From a virus (lineage: Duplodnaviria > Caudoviricetes), in IMG/VR virus record IMGVR_UViG_3300010052_000169, positions 1-41,662 of that record: a DNA stretch of 41,662 nucleotides; one strand, 5' to 3'. Within the stretch, counting starts at the first letter, position 1. Each line of letters starts with the position of its first letter. Position numbers and translations under genes: made by a program. The notes below the pieces were generated by a model that saw only the letters and a program-made list of their open reading frames with translations, made no database searches and was not told where the DNA came from. Positions 17,737 through 25,325 of the stretch are shown here, piece by piece.

Positions 17737-19845
17737 CTAAAAGCCCGGCACTTGGCCAGGCTGTTCTTCGACTGGGATATATGCCGGGCCATCCGGGATC
17801 GGAGGCGCGAGCATTTGAACCAGTTGGTTGATCTGTTGTTGCTGCTGCTCGATGACAGCCATTACCTGCTGCGCGAACTGCTGAAGCTCTTGGTCTGTCA
17901 CCGAACCGCCCTGCTGCTGAACGGGTTGTTGTGGCTGCATAGCCTTTTGCACGCCGCCGACAATCTCAAGTTGCTTCTTCTGGTTATCGAGGGTCTTCCC
18001 CTCGTTCTGAATCTGCTGCTCTTCCAGCTTTGCCATATCTAGCGGATTAGGCTGGTTCGCCTGCTGAATGTCTTCCGGCACAGGCTCCCCTGCCTCCTGT
18101 GCCTCCTTGGCGCGGATAGCAGGCGGCAACAGGAACTTAACGCGCTCTGCGAACTTGTCGGAGTTTGGCCAGTCCATTGAAGCCGCCACTAGGTCCATGA
18201 CAACCGGAGCAATGTCCGGCGCGGAACGCATGAACTCAATCATGCTCTCGCGTGCTTCAGCCCGCTTCGTTGAATAGCTTGGGCCTGTTTCCAGAACTAC
18301 GTCATAAGCCCCTAGCGTCACGTCATTCAACGTGCGCTCCATACCTTCAACAACTTGGGCTCGATTAATGGGAAGGAGGTCTTCCTTGCCGTCTTCTCCA
18401 ATCACGCGAATGATGCGCTCGGTGTCGTAAATATGCGGGATCAGGTCGATCAGCACGCGACCAGTGTGGCGAATTGCACGAGAGAAGTTCTCAACATAAA
18501 CGAATGTCCCTACGTCACCTTCGCGCTGGCGAGCCAGAATTGCTCTGCCGCTTGTCTCATTCGAGCGGCTTCCAAGGGAAGCGTCATAAAGGCCTGTCGT
18601 AGCCTTCATCTCCTCCGATGCCAGCATCATCGCTTCTTCGACGCCTGCGAGGCTGACTGCCGGAGAAGACCGCGCGGGCATAGCGCCGTTGTTCTTCGGA
18701 TCAGGGTTATAAGTCAAATAGGGGAAAGGTTTGGTGTTAGCCGCACCCCAACTCTGCTCCTTCCCCTCGAAATTCTTGTCCGTTCCAATAAATGGCGTCT
18801 TCGGCTGAAGCGCGATGACCTCGACCTGCGTGGATCGCGAGTAATTGTACATTCGCTGCGAGTCTTTGGCGAACCGGATGACGCCATGACGAACAGTCTT
18901 CCGGCCTACGCGGTATTGCTCGCCAACGACCGGGATGATGGGAATATACCTGCCCGGCCATTTCTCTGGCTTTTCAAGTTCGTGTCCGATCGTGATGAGA
19001 GACCGATAGATAGACTGCCCGTCTCTCTGCTCGATACGAGCGCCTTCACGGATCAGCCCATCGATGTACTCTTGGTCTGTTTCGTCGGTCAGATCGTCGA
19101 CAGAACCATCAGGCAGTAGCGCTAGAGTACGCTTCTCTGGCCGCTTTTCCCAATACTCTGCTACCCGGATGAAATCTTCGCCAACCCAGTTATGGCCGTT
19201 CTTTCCATGCTGCTCAGCGTTGAAATCGGTAATCGGCGCGTCTGGGTAGCGCACCTTATAGGCGTCATGCGAAATATCGACTGGGACGAAACAGAACTGC
19301 GCGTCTTCTTTGTTCGGGAGGATGCTATCGGGGTCCCATATGACCGACACTCCGTCCGGGATAGTAACCAACCGAAGCTCTTGGTTAAAGGTCGTGTCTT
19401 CCGCATATTCATGCGTCACGCGCCAATGACCAATGCCACATGCGACCTGACTGTCTGCGCCTGACGTATAGGCGACCTGAGCATCCGAGCGGTTCTCAAT
19501 GTATCGGATCATGCCCGCGAGAACGTCTGCAGTCTCCTTGTCAGCGCGATTGTCGACCGGAACACACTTGATGCTTGGTCGCATCTGGCGAATGTCGCCA
19601 GTAACCTGCCGGACAAACTGCGGGATGCGGTTAACCGTAAGACAGGGGCGACCTTCTCGCGCAGCCTTTGCATCATCCGGCCACTGGTTGCCCGCAAGAA
19701 ACTCTAAATCGTCATAAGCCTCGCGAAGGTTGCTTTCCTCGTGCTCGAAAGCATAGTCGTAGCGCTTGATGGCTTGGGCTAGAAACTCATTACCTTTGTC
19801 CTTCGGCGCTTCTTCCTGCGCCTTCGGCTTAGGTGTCTTCGCCAT
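17737..19845 (-). CDS. Portal protein (P22 gp1-like)
   Basis: GNQWP...RPCLTVNRI, KDSQRMYN, SGRAILARQ, YDV..ETGPSYSTKR; Gln-rich barrel tail; TAATG-coupled start. Confidence 0.93.
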   Translation of the reverse strand: MAKTPKPKAQEEAPKDKGNEFLAQAIKRYDYAFEHEESNLREAYDDLEFLAGNQWPDDAKAAREGRPCLTVNRIPQFVRQVTGDIRQMRPSIKCVPVDNRADKETADVLAGMIRYIENRSDAQVAYTSGADSQVACGIGHWRVTHEYAEDTTFNQELRLVTIPDGVSVIWDPDSILPNKEDAQFCFVPVDISHDAYKVRYPDAPITDFNAEQHGKNGHNWVGEDFIRVAEYWEKRPEKRTLALLPDGSVDDLTDETDQEYIDGLIREGARIEQRDGQSIYRSLITIGHELEKPEKWPGRYIPIIPVVGEQYRVGRKTVRHGVIRFAKDSQRMYNYSRSTQVEVIALQPKTPFIGTDKNFEGKEQSWGAANTKPFPYLTYNPDPKNNGAMPARSSPAVSLAGVEEAMMLASEEMKATTGLYDASLGSRSNETSGRAILARQREGDVGTFVYVENFSRAIRHTGRVLIDLIPHIYDTERIIRVIGEDGKEDLLPINRAQVVEGMERTLNDVTLGAYDVVLETGPSYSTKRAEARESMIEFMRSAPDIAPVVMDLVAASMDWPNSDKFAERVKFLLPPAIRAKEAQEAGEPVPEDIQQANQPNPLDMAKLEEQQIQNEGKTLDNQKKQLEIVGGVQKAMQPQQPVQQQGGSVTDQELQQFAQQVMAVIEQQQQQINQLVQMLAPPIPDGPAYIPVEEQPGQVPGF

Positions 19846-20585
19846 TAATAGCTCATCCAATTTCCACCTGCGGGAGAATTCGCGACCGCTCTGCTTGGCG
19901 GGTTCTCCGCGAACCGCAGCATCATCACCGCGTATCGCGTTGCTGACAGAAGGTCGTCGCGCTCTTTCACGATCTTGCCGTCCTTGCGATGGTAAAGCCG
20001 AAATTCCGAGAACCAGTCATTCAGGTGACGAAACACCTTGAACCGACCGGTCTGCATGAGGTCGAGCATTTTGATTACGCCAGCCTCAACGCCGTTGCCG
20101 CCGTCCTCGAACGTCGCCCGCTCGGGAAGCATGTTTAGTTTCTGGTCTCGGTACTGAGATGCGAGTTCTTCGCCAGAGCCCTTATCGTGCTGCAGGCCGT
20201 CATGCGGCCATGCACAAGGCACCCAATCACCCCAAGGCCGGATAGCCGCTGCATGAATGATCGGCGTGGTTTGAGCCGAGCGATAAACCTTCGTGACGTA
20301 GATCACGTCAGCATCGCGGTTGTGAGCCAGATTTACTGCCGCGAACGGATGATCCCATCCGAAGTCCAGCCCGTTGATCTGCGCCCATTCCTTCGGAATA
20401 TCCAAAGGATCGCAGGCAATCAGTTCATCAGCGATCGGGAACACCCGGCCAGAGCCTAGCGTCGGTATCCCCTTAACCCGCGCTTCCCGCTCATGTTCGG
20501 GGTAGCTTGCAATGATCGCTGCACGTTGTTCCGGTGTGTAGTGGCCTGCGTCGTCTATCGTCATGCGGACGATTGAACGACTCAT
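19845..20585 (-). CDS. terL: Terminase large subunit, C-terminal part (nuclease domain)
   Basis: YPEHEREARVKGIP, GLDFGWDHP, AWPHDG, DDLLSATRYA; ATG 20585 overlaps the stop of the ATPase ORF (ATGA). Confidence 0.88.
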   Translation of the reverse strand: MSRSIVRMTIDDAGHYTPEQRAAIIASYPEHEREARVKGIPTLGSGRVFPIADELIACDPLDIPKEWAQINGLDFGWDHPFAAVNLAHNRDADVIYVTKVYRSAQTTPIIHAAAIRPWGDWVPCAWPHDGLQHDKGSGEELASQYRDQKLNMLPERATFEDGGNGVEAGVIKMLDLMQTGRFKVFRHLNDWFSEFRLYHRKDGKIVKERDDLLSATRYAVMMLRFAENPPSRAVANSPAGGNWMSY

Positions 20586-21325
20586 TCCAGCCCGCAATCC
20601 TGAATAAACATATGCACCACGTCAGACATGCCGAGCAGCGGTGTGAACGTCAGGATCGCGAATTGCCCGCGCTGCCCGTTGTTCGTTCGCGTCAGCCCCT
20701 CGGTGTAAATATCCAGCGGCGGCTCCTCATCGAACCACACGCCGTCAACAGTCGGCCCTTGCCACTTCTCGCGGCCCTTCTCGTAAGCCTTGAAGGCTAC
20801 GATTGCCGTTCCTGCCTGCACATCGCCGCCGCCGCCCCACTTGACCTGCACGTTGTCCAGCAGGTTCGGAACGCCCATCGCCCTGTCCCAATCGAGCAGA
20901 GCATCGCCTGGTATGTAACCCGTTCCCCATTCCTCCTCTTTCGGAGGTGGGCCTACGAGGATACGCTGCGGGTTATCTCGTGTGCTTTCGCCCGTGACCG
21001 AGCCAGCCCAGAGCAAAGGAGGCTTCGCAAATGTCGCACCGTTCCACCAATCTGGATACCGGCCAGTCGCGTGCATTGCCCATTCAGCGCCGCCAGCAAC
21101 GGTCTTCCCGAGCTGGTTGCCCGCCATAAACAGGCGCTCGGAATCTTTCTTCCCATTGCCGTGAAAAAGCTTCTGCTTGTCGTAAGGGCCGTACCGAAGC
21201 AGCTTAGTGCGCTGTTGCCTTCTCTGCTTCTCCTGCAGGAGCTTCAACAGTTCCCGCTTCTGCTCCTCCAAGAACGAGGCTGACTGCGGAGGCAATGTCA
21301 CGGATACGCTTGTCGAGTTCTGCAT
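20582..21325 (-). CDS. terL: Terminase large subunit, N-terminal ATPase part
   Basis: Q motif (YDKQ), Walker A AGNQLGKT, Walker B VWFDEE, coupling motif LTFTP; start uncertain. Confidence 0.88.
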   Translation of the reverse strand: MQNSTSVSVTLPPQSASFLEEQKRELLKLLQEKQRRQQRTKLLRYGPYDKQKLFHGNGKKDSERLFMAGNQLGKTVAGGAEWAMHATGRYPDWWNGATFAKPPLLWAGSVTGESTRDNPQRILVGPPPKEEEWGTGYIPGDALLDWDRAMGVPNLLDNVQVKWGGGGDVQAGTAIVAFKAYEKGREKWQGPTVDGVWFDEEPPLDIYTEGLTRTNNGQRGQFAILTFTPLLGMSDVVHMFIQDCGLE

Positions 21326-21584
21326 CAGACAAATCGCTTTCCGTCGAAATCTTCAGTTCTTTCGGGAGAAGCGAAGCAACCACCTTCAAGTATTCGTGCG
21401 GCTTCTCAGCGCGGACCGTCGCGATGGCCGCCACGCCATGGGTTTCAAAATCGTCATGCAAGGCCGTGATGAAGGCCTCGCCTAGCTTGTTCCGGGAGCC
21501 CTTCGGCCTACCCTTGCCGCCATTATTTCCCGGTAAAAACCGGCCCCGCTCGTCCTGAGCGGGCTTCTGAAGCTCATTGGTCAT
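21204..21584 (-). CDS. terS: Terminase small subunit
   Basis: GRFLPGN...GRPKGSRNKL motif; directly upstream of and overlapping terL. Confidence 0.75.
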   Translation of the reverse strand: MTNELQKPAQDERGRFLPGNNGGKGRPKGSRNKLGEAFITALHDDFETHGVAAIATVRAEKPHEYLKVVASLLPKELKISTESDLSDAELDKRIRDIASAVSLVLGGAEAGTVEAPAGEAEKATAH

Positions 21585-21658
21585 ACTGGATGGTGAAAGG
21601 TTGTTCTGTCCTTGCTACCGAACAGAAAGCGCCAGAAGCGGCGCAAAGGATTGCTCAC
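21581..21658 (-). CDS. 25-aa micro-ORF
   Basis: VSNPLRRFWRFLFGSKDRTTFHHPV; 4-nt overlaps at both ends. Confidence 0.45.
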   Translation of the reverse strand: MSNPLRRFWRFLFGSKDRTTFHHPV

Positions 21659-21750
21659 TTCGCCCCCGCCCTTTTCAGTATGGCGTTGGCCCGTTTGATT
21701 TCTGACTTCCAGTAGGAAGCGGTCTGGGGTTTGGTCTTCTTGGCCTTCAC
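21655..21750 (-). CDS. 31-aa basic micro-ORF
   Basis: VKAKKTKPQTASYWKSEIKRANAILKRAGAK; GTGA overlaps at both ends. Confidence 0.45.
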   Translation of the reverse strand: MKAKKTKPQTASYWKSEIKRANAILKRAGAK

Positions 21751-22055
21751 AACAGAGCCTCGGCTTTGCCTGCAGCGTACATGGCCTGCGTGGAATTGAA
21801 CAGGATTGCGGCATTGATCGAGGAGTTTAGGTTCGCGCCTGCGTTTGCAACGCCAACCACAGTCGCGCCAAACCGCTGATACGGCCAAGGCTGATAGTTA
21901 CTCCAATACCGGTCAACGTAGATGCGTTCGGTAACCGGCTCGCCGTCGATCTCCGCAACGCGCTCCTTGATGCGCGCCCACTGTGCCTTCGTAGGTGTTC
22001 CGCTCAGAGCCTCAGTGAAGCCCTCAAACCACGCCTTAAATTCCTTGTTCGTCAT
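21747..22055 (-). CDS. Hypothetical late protein
   Basis: 102 aa; GGGAGGG RBS; EFKAWFEGF...P...QW..IKE pattern. Confidence 0.75.
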   Translation of the reverse strand: MTNKEFKAWFEGFTEALSGTPTKAQWARIKERVAEIDGEPVTERIYVDRYWSNYQPWPYQRFGATVVGVANAGANLNSSINAAILFNSTQAMYAAGKAEALL

Positions 22056-22057
22056 GG

Positions 22058-22309
22058 CTATTCCCTCCCGTGAGATTCGAGAGCGCCAGAAAGGCGCATG
22101 AAGCCAGCATGAAGCAGAAGCGCTATGGACGGGGCTTCAGCACTTGCTCCCAAGCCGAAGACTTCCATCGTGTCGCCAAGAACAACTAAGCCAGCGCTAC
22201 CAACCGTTCCGTACTCTCCGGCTTCGATCTGATCCGCTATCTTCCGAAGCGTGGCCGGGACGTCCCTAGCGTTGCTGTCGTACAGAGTAACGACCTCAGC
22301 AACCGCCAT
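22058..22309 (-). CDS. Hypothetical protein, first gene of the late operon
   Basis: 83 aa from ATG 22309 with AAGGA RBS; LRKIADQIEAGEYG. Confidence 0.7.
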   Translation of the reverse strand: MAVAEVVTLYDSNARDVPATLRKIADQIEAGEYGTVGSAGLVVLGDTMEVFGLGASAEAPSIALLLHAGFMRLSGALESHGRE

Positions 22310-22435
22310 GGCTATTCGTCCTTGTGGGAGGGGTGAACCTGCAAGCAACTCTTACAAGTTCCAACTGGCGCTTATTCAAGCGGGATGGCCAAACCTTTAA
22401 TAACTCGCTTCGCTATTAAAGCGGGACTTAATGGA

Positions 22436-22575
22436 TTCTGGCGGGCCGGGACACGACCCCCGGCTCCCGCGTTTACGGACTAGGCGGTCACAGTGGATTT
22501 TCACCACCCACCACGGCGTATTCTCGCCGCTCCTTACGTCAATCTTCCATGCTCGGTTACGAGCGTCCGCCAGAA
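22436..22575 (-). ncRNA. Candidate multi-branched structured RNA in the late leader
   Basis: 9-bp closing stem (22436-44 with 22567-75) enclosing 4-5 hairpins, one with tRNA T-arm geometry. Confidence 0.5.
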
Positions 22576-22615
22576 ACACTGAGACAGGCCGGGATTGCGT
22601 AGCCTGCCATGAATC

Positions 22616-22646
22616 AAAAACCCGCCTCTCAATCTCCGAAGCGGGT
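22616..22646 (-). terminator. Terminator just downstream of the late promoter (tR'-like)
   Basis: Minus strand ACCCGCTTC-N9-GAGGCGGGT-TTTT. Confidence 0.75.
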
Positions 22647-22651
22647 CCAAG

Positions 22652-22711
22652 CGCAAATCACCAGTATTTATTTATTGCGCTAGAAGAATCTGATTTGCGA
22701 TTCCGTGTCAA
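22652..22711 (-). promoter_or_regulatory. Late promoter region (pR'-like) with inverted repeat
   Basis: Perfect -35 TTGACA at 22711-22706; degenerate -10; inverted repeat CGCAAATCA (22652-60) / TGATTTGCG (22691-99). Confidence 0.6.
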
Positions 22712-22716
22712 CACCC

Positions 22717-23274
22717 TCAAGCGCGTCTCCCCAATAATCCAAAATGCTTGGCAAGCGCCGTTAGCCCACGATGCAGGTTTCCCATGCCGCCCCGGATTTC
22801 CGCTCTCGACCGATCCCATACCACAAGATCATTCACGGCGAGGATCGCGTCTCGCCCCGCATCACCCAGCGCAGCGTACGCATCCGCATAGACAGAGCGG
22901 GCTCGATTGGCCCGCTTTGCTGCTTCGTCGTCTTCCTCGCGGGCGTTGCCCTTCCCGCCGCCTCGGTTGAAATCTTGGGCCTGTGGAGCACCAGGTGGAG
23001 CCCCGATAGCCGCCCGCATGTTGCGGACTGCCGATCGATACTGGACGCCTGCCTCGTAGTGGTGAGGCTCGATCAGGCCCTCCAATGCCAACCGGCCTAG
23101 TTCGCACTCTGCCCGCTGATCGTGGGATAGATCGCCTTTGTTGTTGGGCATGTTGCTGTAGCGCCTGCGGTGCGGTTGATCGCGGACAACCCTGCGCACG
23201 TCCTCTGGTGGCCTATAAGGCTGGCCGTTCGGCTGGCGCTGGACGTGCTTTCTCTTGCGACCGGCTCGGCTCAT
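22717..23274 (-). CDS. Probable late-gene transcription regulator (Q position)
   Basis: Basic N-terminus, LGRLAL.GLI...YEAG and GLTALAKHFG; immediately precedes the late promoter and terminator. Confidence 0.65.
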   Translation of the reverse strand: MSRAGRKRKHVQRQPNGQPYRPPEDVRRVVRDQPHRRRYSNMPNNKGDLSHDQRAECELGRLALEGLIEPHHYEAGVQYRSAVRNMRAAIGAPPGAPQAQDFNRGGGKGNAREEDDEAAKRANRARSVYADAYAALGDAGRDAILAVNDLVVWDRSRAEIRGGMGNLHRGLTALAKHFGLLGRRA

Positions 23275-23471
23275 TTTGGATTCTCATATGGCGTTTCGAT
23301 GTGGATTACGGGCACGTCTTCCCAGAAGAATCCTCTGACAGTGCTGTAGTGCCGTTGCTGCAGCCGTTCGATAATCTGGTGCTGAGACGAGAATTTGAGA
23401 ACCCGGAAGCCATCGACAGGGGCCACAAGTTCAGGCTCGGGCAAATCCGCTATCTTTATCTCCTCACTCAT
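23271..23471 (-). CDS. Hypothetical protein
   Basis: 66 aa; ATGA overlaps on both sides. Confidence 0.6.
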   Translation of the reverse strand: MSEEIKIADLPEPELVAPVDGFRVLKFSSQHQIIERLQQRHYSTVRGFFWEDVPVIHIETPYENPK

Positions 23472-23794
23472 TCCCCGCCCCCGCTGTTGGATTCGTAGTG
23501 CTGGACCATGGCGCGGTATTCACTCTCAATGTCCGTACCGGAACACTTCATGGCCGCTTCTATCATTCCAAAATCAAGTTCACGGGGTAAAATGGCGAAG
23601 CCTGCCTTCGCAAAATCATCGAACAATCTTGAAACGATTACGCCGCGAGTCTGCGGCAGAAGCCCAGCGAGCCATTCGGCCAGAACCTCATCCGCTACCT
23701 CTCTCGCCTTCTTCATGGCTGCCGGCCCCTGTGATGCAGCGGGGTATTCTCGCTTCAAGTCTTCCACGAGTTGATCCTGGTCTTTGAGCGTCAT
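23468..23794 (-). CDS. Hypothetical protein
   Basis: 108 aa; ATGA overlaps on both sides. Confidence 0.65.
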   Translation of the reverse strand: MTLKDQDQLVEDLKREYPAASQGPAAMKKAREVADEVLAEWLAGLLPQTRGVIVSRLFDDFAKAGFAILPRELDFGMIEAAMKCSGTDIESEYRAMVQHYESNSGGGE

Positions 23795-24777
23795 GCCTGT
23801 GCCCTTTGCGGTGTGGGGGTTGATTGAAACTTCGCGATGAAGTCAGCCGGTATGTCCGACTCCTTCACGCCCTTCGGTAAGTCTCGACCGTCGCGTTTGC
23901 GCTCGAGATAGATTGTCCAGACCCGCTCTAGATGCTCGCGAGATACTGGCTCTGGATCAGGCGCGGACGACCCTTTGTTGTCGTAAAATCCTTCTATGAG
24001 CTTCGTGAAACTGCTGCTTTGCAGGAAAAAATCTAGGTTTGGTGCCCAGCTTTCGTGAGCCCCTGATCGCTTAGCCCGACCCGTGAGAAAATCTGACCGT
24101 GCCGCTCGCGCCATTGCCTCTCGCCACGGCCCAATGCCCCCACTATCAGCCAACCGAGCCTTGAGGCTTCGCCGTCTCGTTTCGTTGAGCTTGCGTGCCT
24201 CAGGCCATCCGTAGCGCTTCGCTGTAACGTTGTAGGCTTCCAATGCCTGGTCTTCTTCGCGAGGGGCGGACGCCAGAGGCGTCTCGGCAGGGCTCTTGCT
24301 CTGGTTAGGTTCTAGTTCGGTAAGGTTAGGTTCTTGGTTTCGAAACTGTTCGGGCAACAGTTTCGAAAGGGTCTCTGCAACAGTTTGCGGAACCGTTTCG
24401 AGCGCCAACGTTTCAGCAATAAGCCTTTGCTTTACTTGGCAATTCGGAAGCGCGTTGATTTCCTTCGCTACATGCTTCGCGACGTTCGGGTTTTCGATCG
24501 TATTGTGACCCCACCACCCGACGATGCGCAATAAAAACGACTTGTCATCGCGCTCTATAAAGCCGTTTCGAGACAGTTCCGAAATGGTTTCCGCAACCCT
24601 TTCGGACGGCCACGCCAAGTCGTCTGCAATGTAGCCGTTGCGCAGCACAAAGCAGCCCGCCGAATTTCCATGCGGGCAGGAAAGCAGGTACGTCAAAAGA
24701 TACCTGCCTCGCTCAGACAGTTCGCGCACTCTCGGGTTCTGCCAGAAGCCCGATTCGATCTTGCCGTAGCGGCTCAT
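23791..24777 (-). CDS. Phage replication initiator protein
   Basis: FWQNP...LLTYLLSCPHGN..GCF wHTH-type N-terminus; W..NLDFFL...FTKLIEGFY C-terminus; internal iterons; ATGA start at 24777. Confidence 0.82.
   Translation of the reverse strand: MSRYGKIESGFWQNPRVRELSERGRYLLTYLLSCPHGNSAGCFVLRNGYIADDLAWPSERVAETISELSRNGFIERDDKSFLLRIVGWWGHNTIENPNVAKHVAKEINALPNCQVKQRLIAETLALETVPQTVAETLSKLLPEQFRNQEPNLTELEPNQSKSPAETPLASAPREEDQALEAYNVTAKRYGWPEARKLNETRRRSLKARLADSGGIGPWREAMARAARSDFLTGRAKRSGAHESWAPNLDFFLQSSSFTKLIEGFYDNKGSSAPDPEPVSREHLERVWTIYLERKRDGRDLPKGVKESDIPADFIAKFQSTPTPQRAQA
24337..24415. repeat. Iteron-like repeats, probable phage replication origin
   Basis: GCAACAGTTT at 24354 and 24377; AACCGTTTCG at 24391; perfect inverted repeat CGAAACTGTT-N5-AACAGTTTCG at 24341-24365. 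Confidence 0.65.
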
Positions 24778-25325
24778 TTCTTGTGGTCTCCAAACCAGCC
24801 CAGAACCGCCCAATCCGCGATTTGCTGAGCGCACCCGAGCGGATCGGTCCAGATTTCAGTTCCAGAAAAACGGAAGCAATCGTAGCCCGCGACGACAAGA
24901 TTTCTGTCCCTGCGCTTATCGCGAGTAGCCTGTTGCTTCGTCCGTTCGTGAAAATCGTGTCCGTCGCATTCGACGATAAGTCTTCGCCAGTACGGCGCTG
25001 AACCGTCTGATGGGCGCATAAATGCCGAGAACACAAAATCGACGCGCATATCGTCAATCTGAGCTTGCGGGACGCATATCAGCGTAGTCTCCGCCTCTCT
25101 CTGCTCAACGGAAACACGTTGCGCCAACTCGGCGTCGGCAACAGTCTTGGTCACGGCGAGCGACGTGTACTCCGTCCCACCAACAAGAATTAGCGTCTTG
25201 ATAGATAGGAATAGCAGCTTCTCGATTGGCGAATCTCCCCGTGCTTCCTCCTTCAAGTATTGAAACTCAGCATCGATAAAATCGAGGGCCTGTTCTCTGA
25301 GTTTTTCAGAACCGAACTTAGCCAT
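24774..25325 (-). CDS. DUF559 / Vsr-like PD-(D/E)XK endonuclease
   Basis: SPIE, RVDF, LIVECDGHDFH, RDKRRDRNL..AGY..FRFSG. Confidence 0.85.
   Translation of the reverse strand: MAKFGSEKLREQALDFIDAEFQYLKEEARGDSPIEKLLFLSIKTLILVGGTEYTSLAVTKTVADAELAQRVSVEQREAETTLICVPQAQIDDMRVDFVFSAFMRPSDGSAPYWRRLIVECDGHDFHERTKQQATRDKRRDRNLVVAGYDCFRFSGTEIWTDPLGCAQQIADWAVLGWFGDHKK

Noticed and set aside
4948-21558. Many long plus-strand ORFs opposite the structural genes (e.g. 7484..8269, 9266..9913, 18355..19119, 20534..21283)
   Set aside because: Antisense shadows of well-supported genes in GC-rich DNA; no motifs or RBS.
22416-22431. CtrA binding site
   Set aside because: TTAA-N8-TTAA, whereas the consensus spacing is N7.
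22436-22470. Canonical tRNA or tmRNA in the late leader
   Set aside because: The 3' arm has an 8-nt GGTCGTGT loop, not TTCRA; there is no proper D and anticodon arm spacing, and the element is too short for tmRNA. Kept only as an unknown structured RNA.
22431-22970. 179-aa plus-strand ORF across the late control region
   Set aside because: Runs antisense through the promoter, terminator, structured RNA and regulator gene; low-information sequence.
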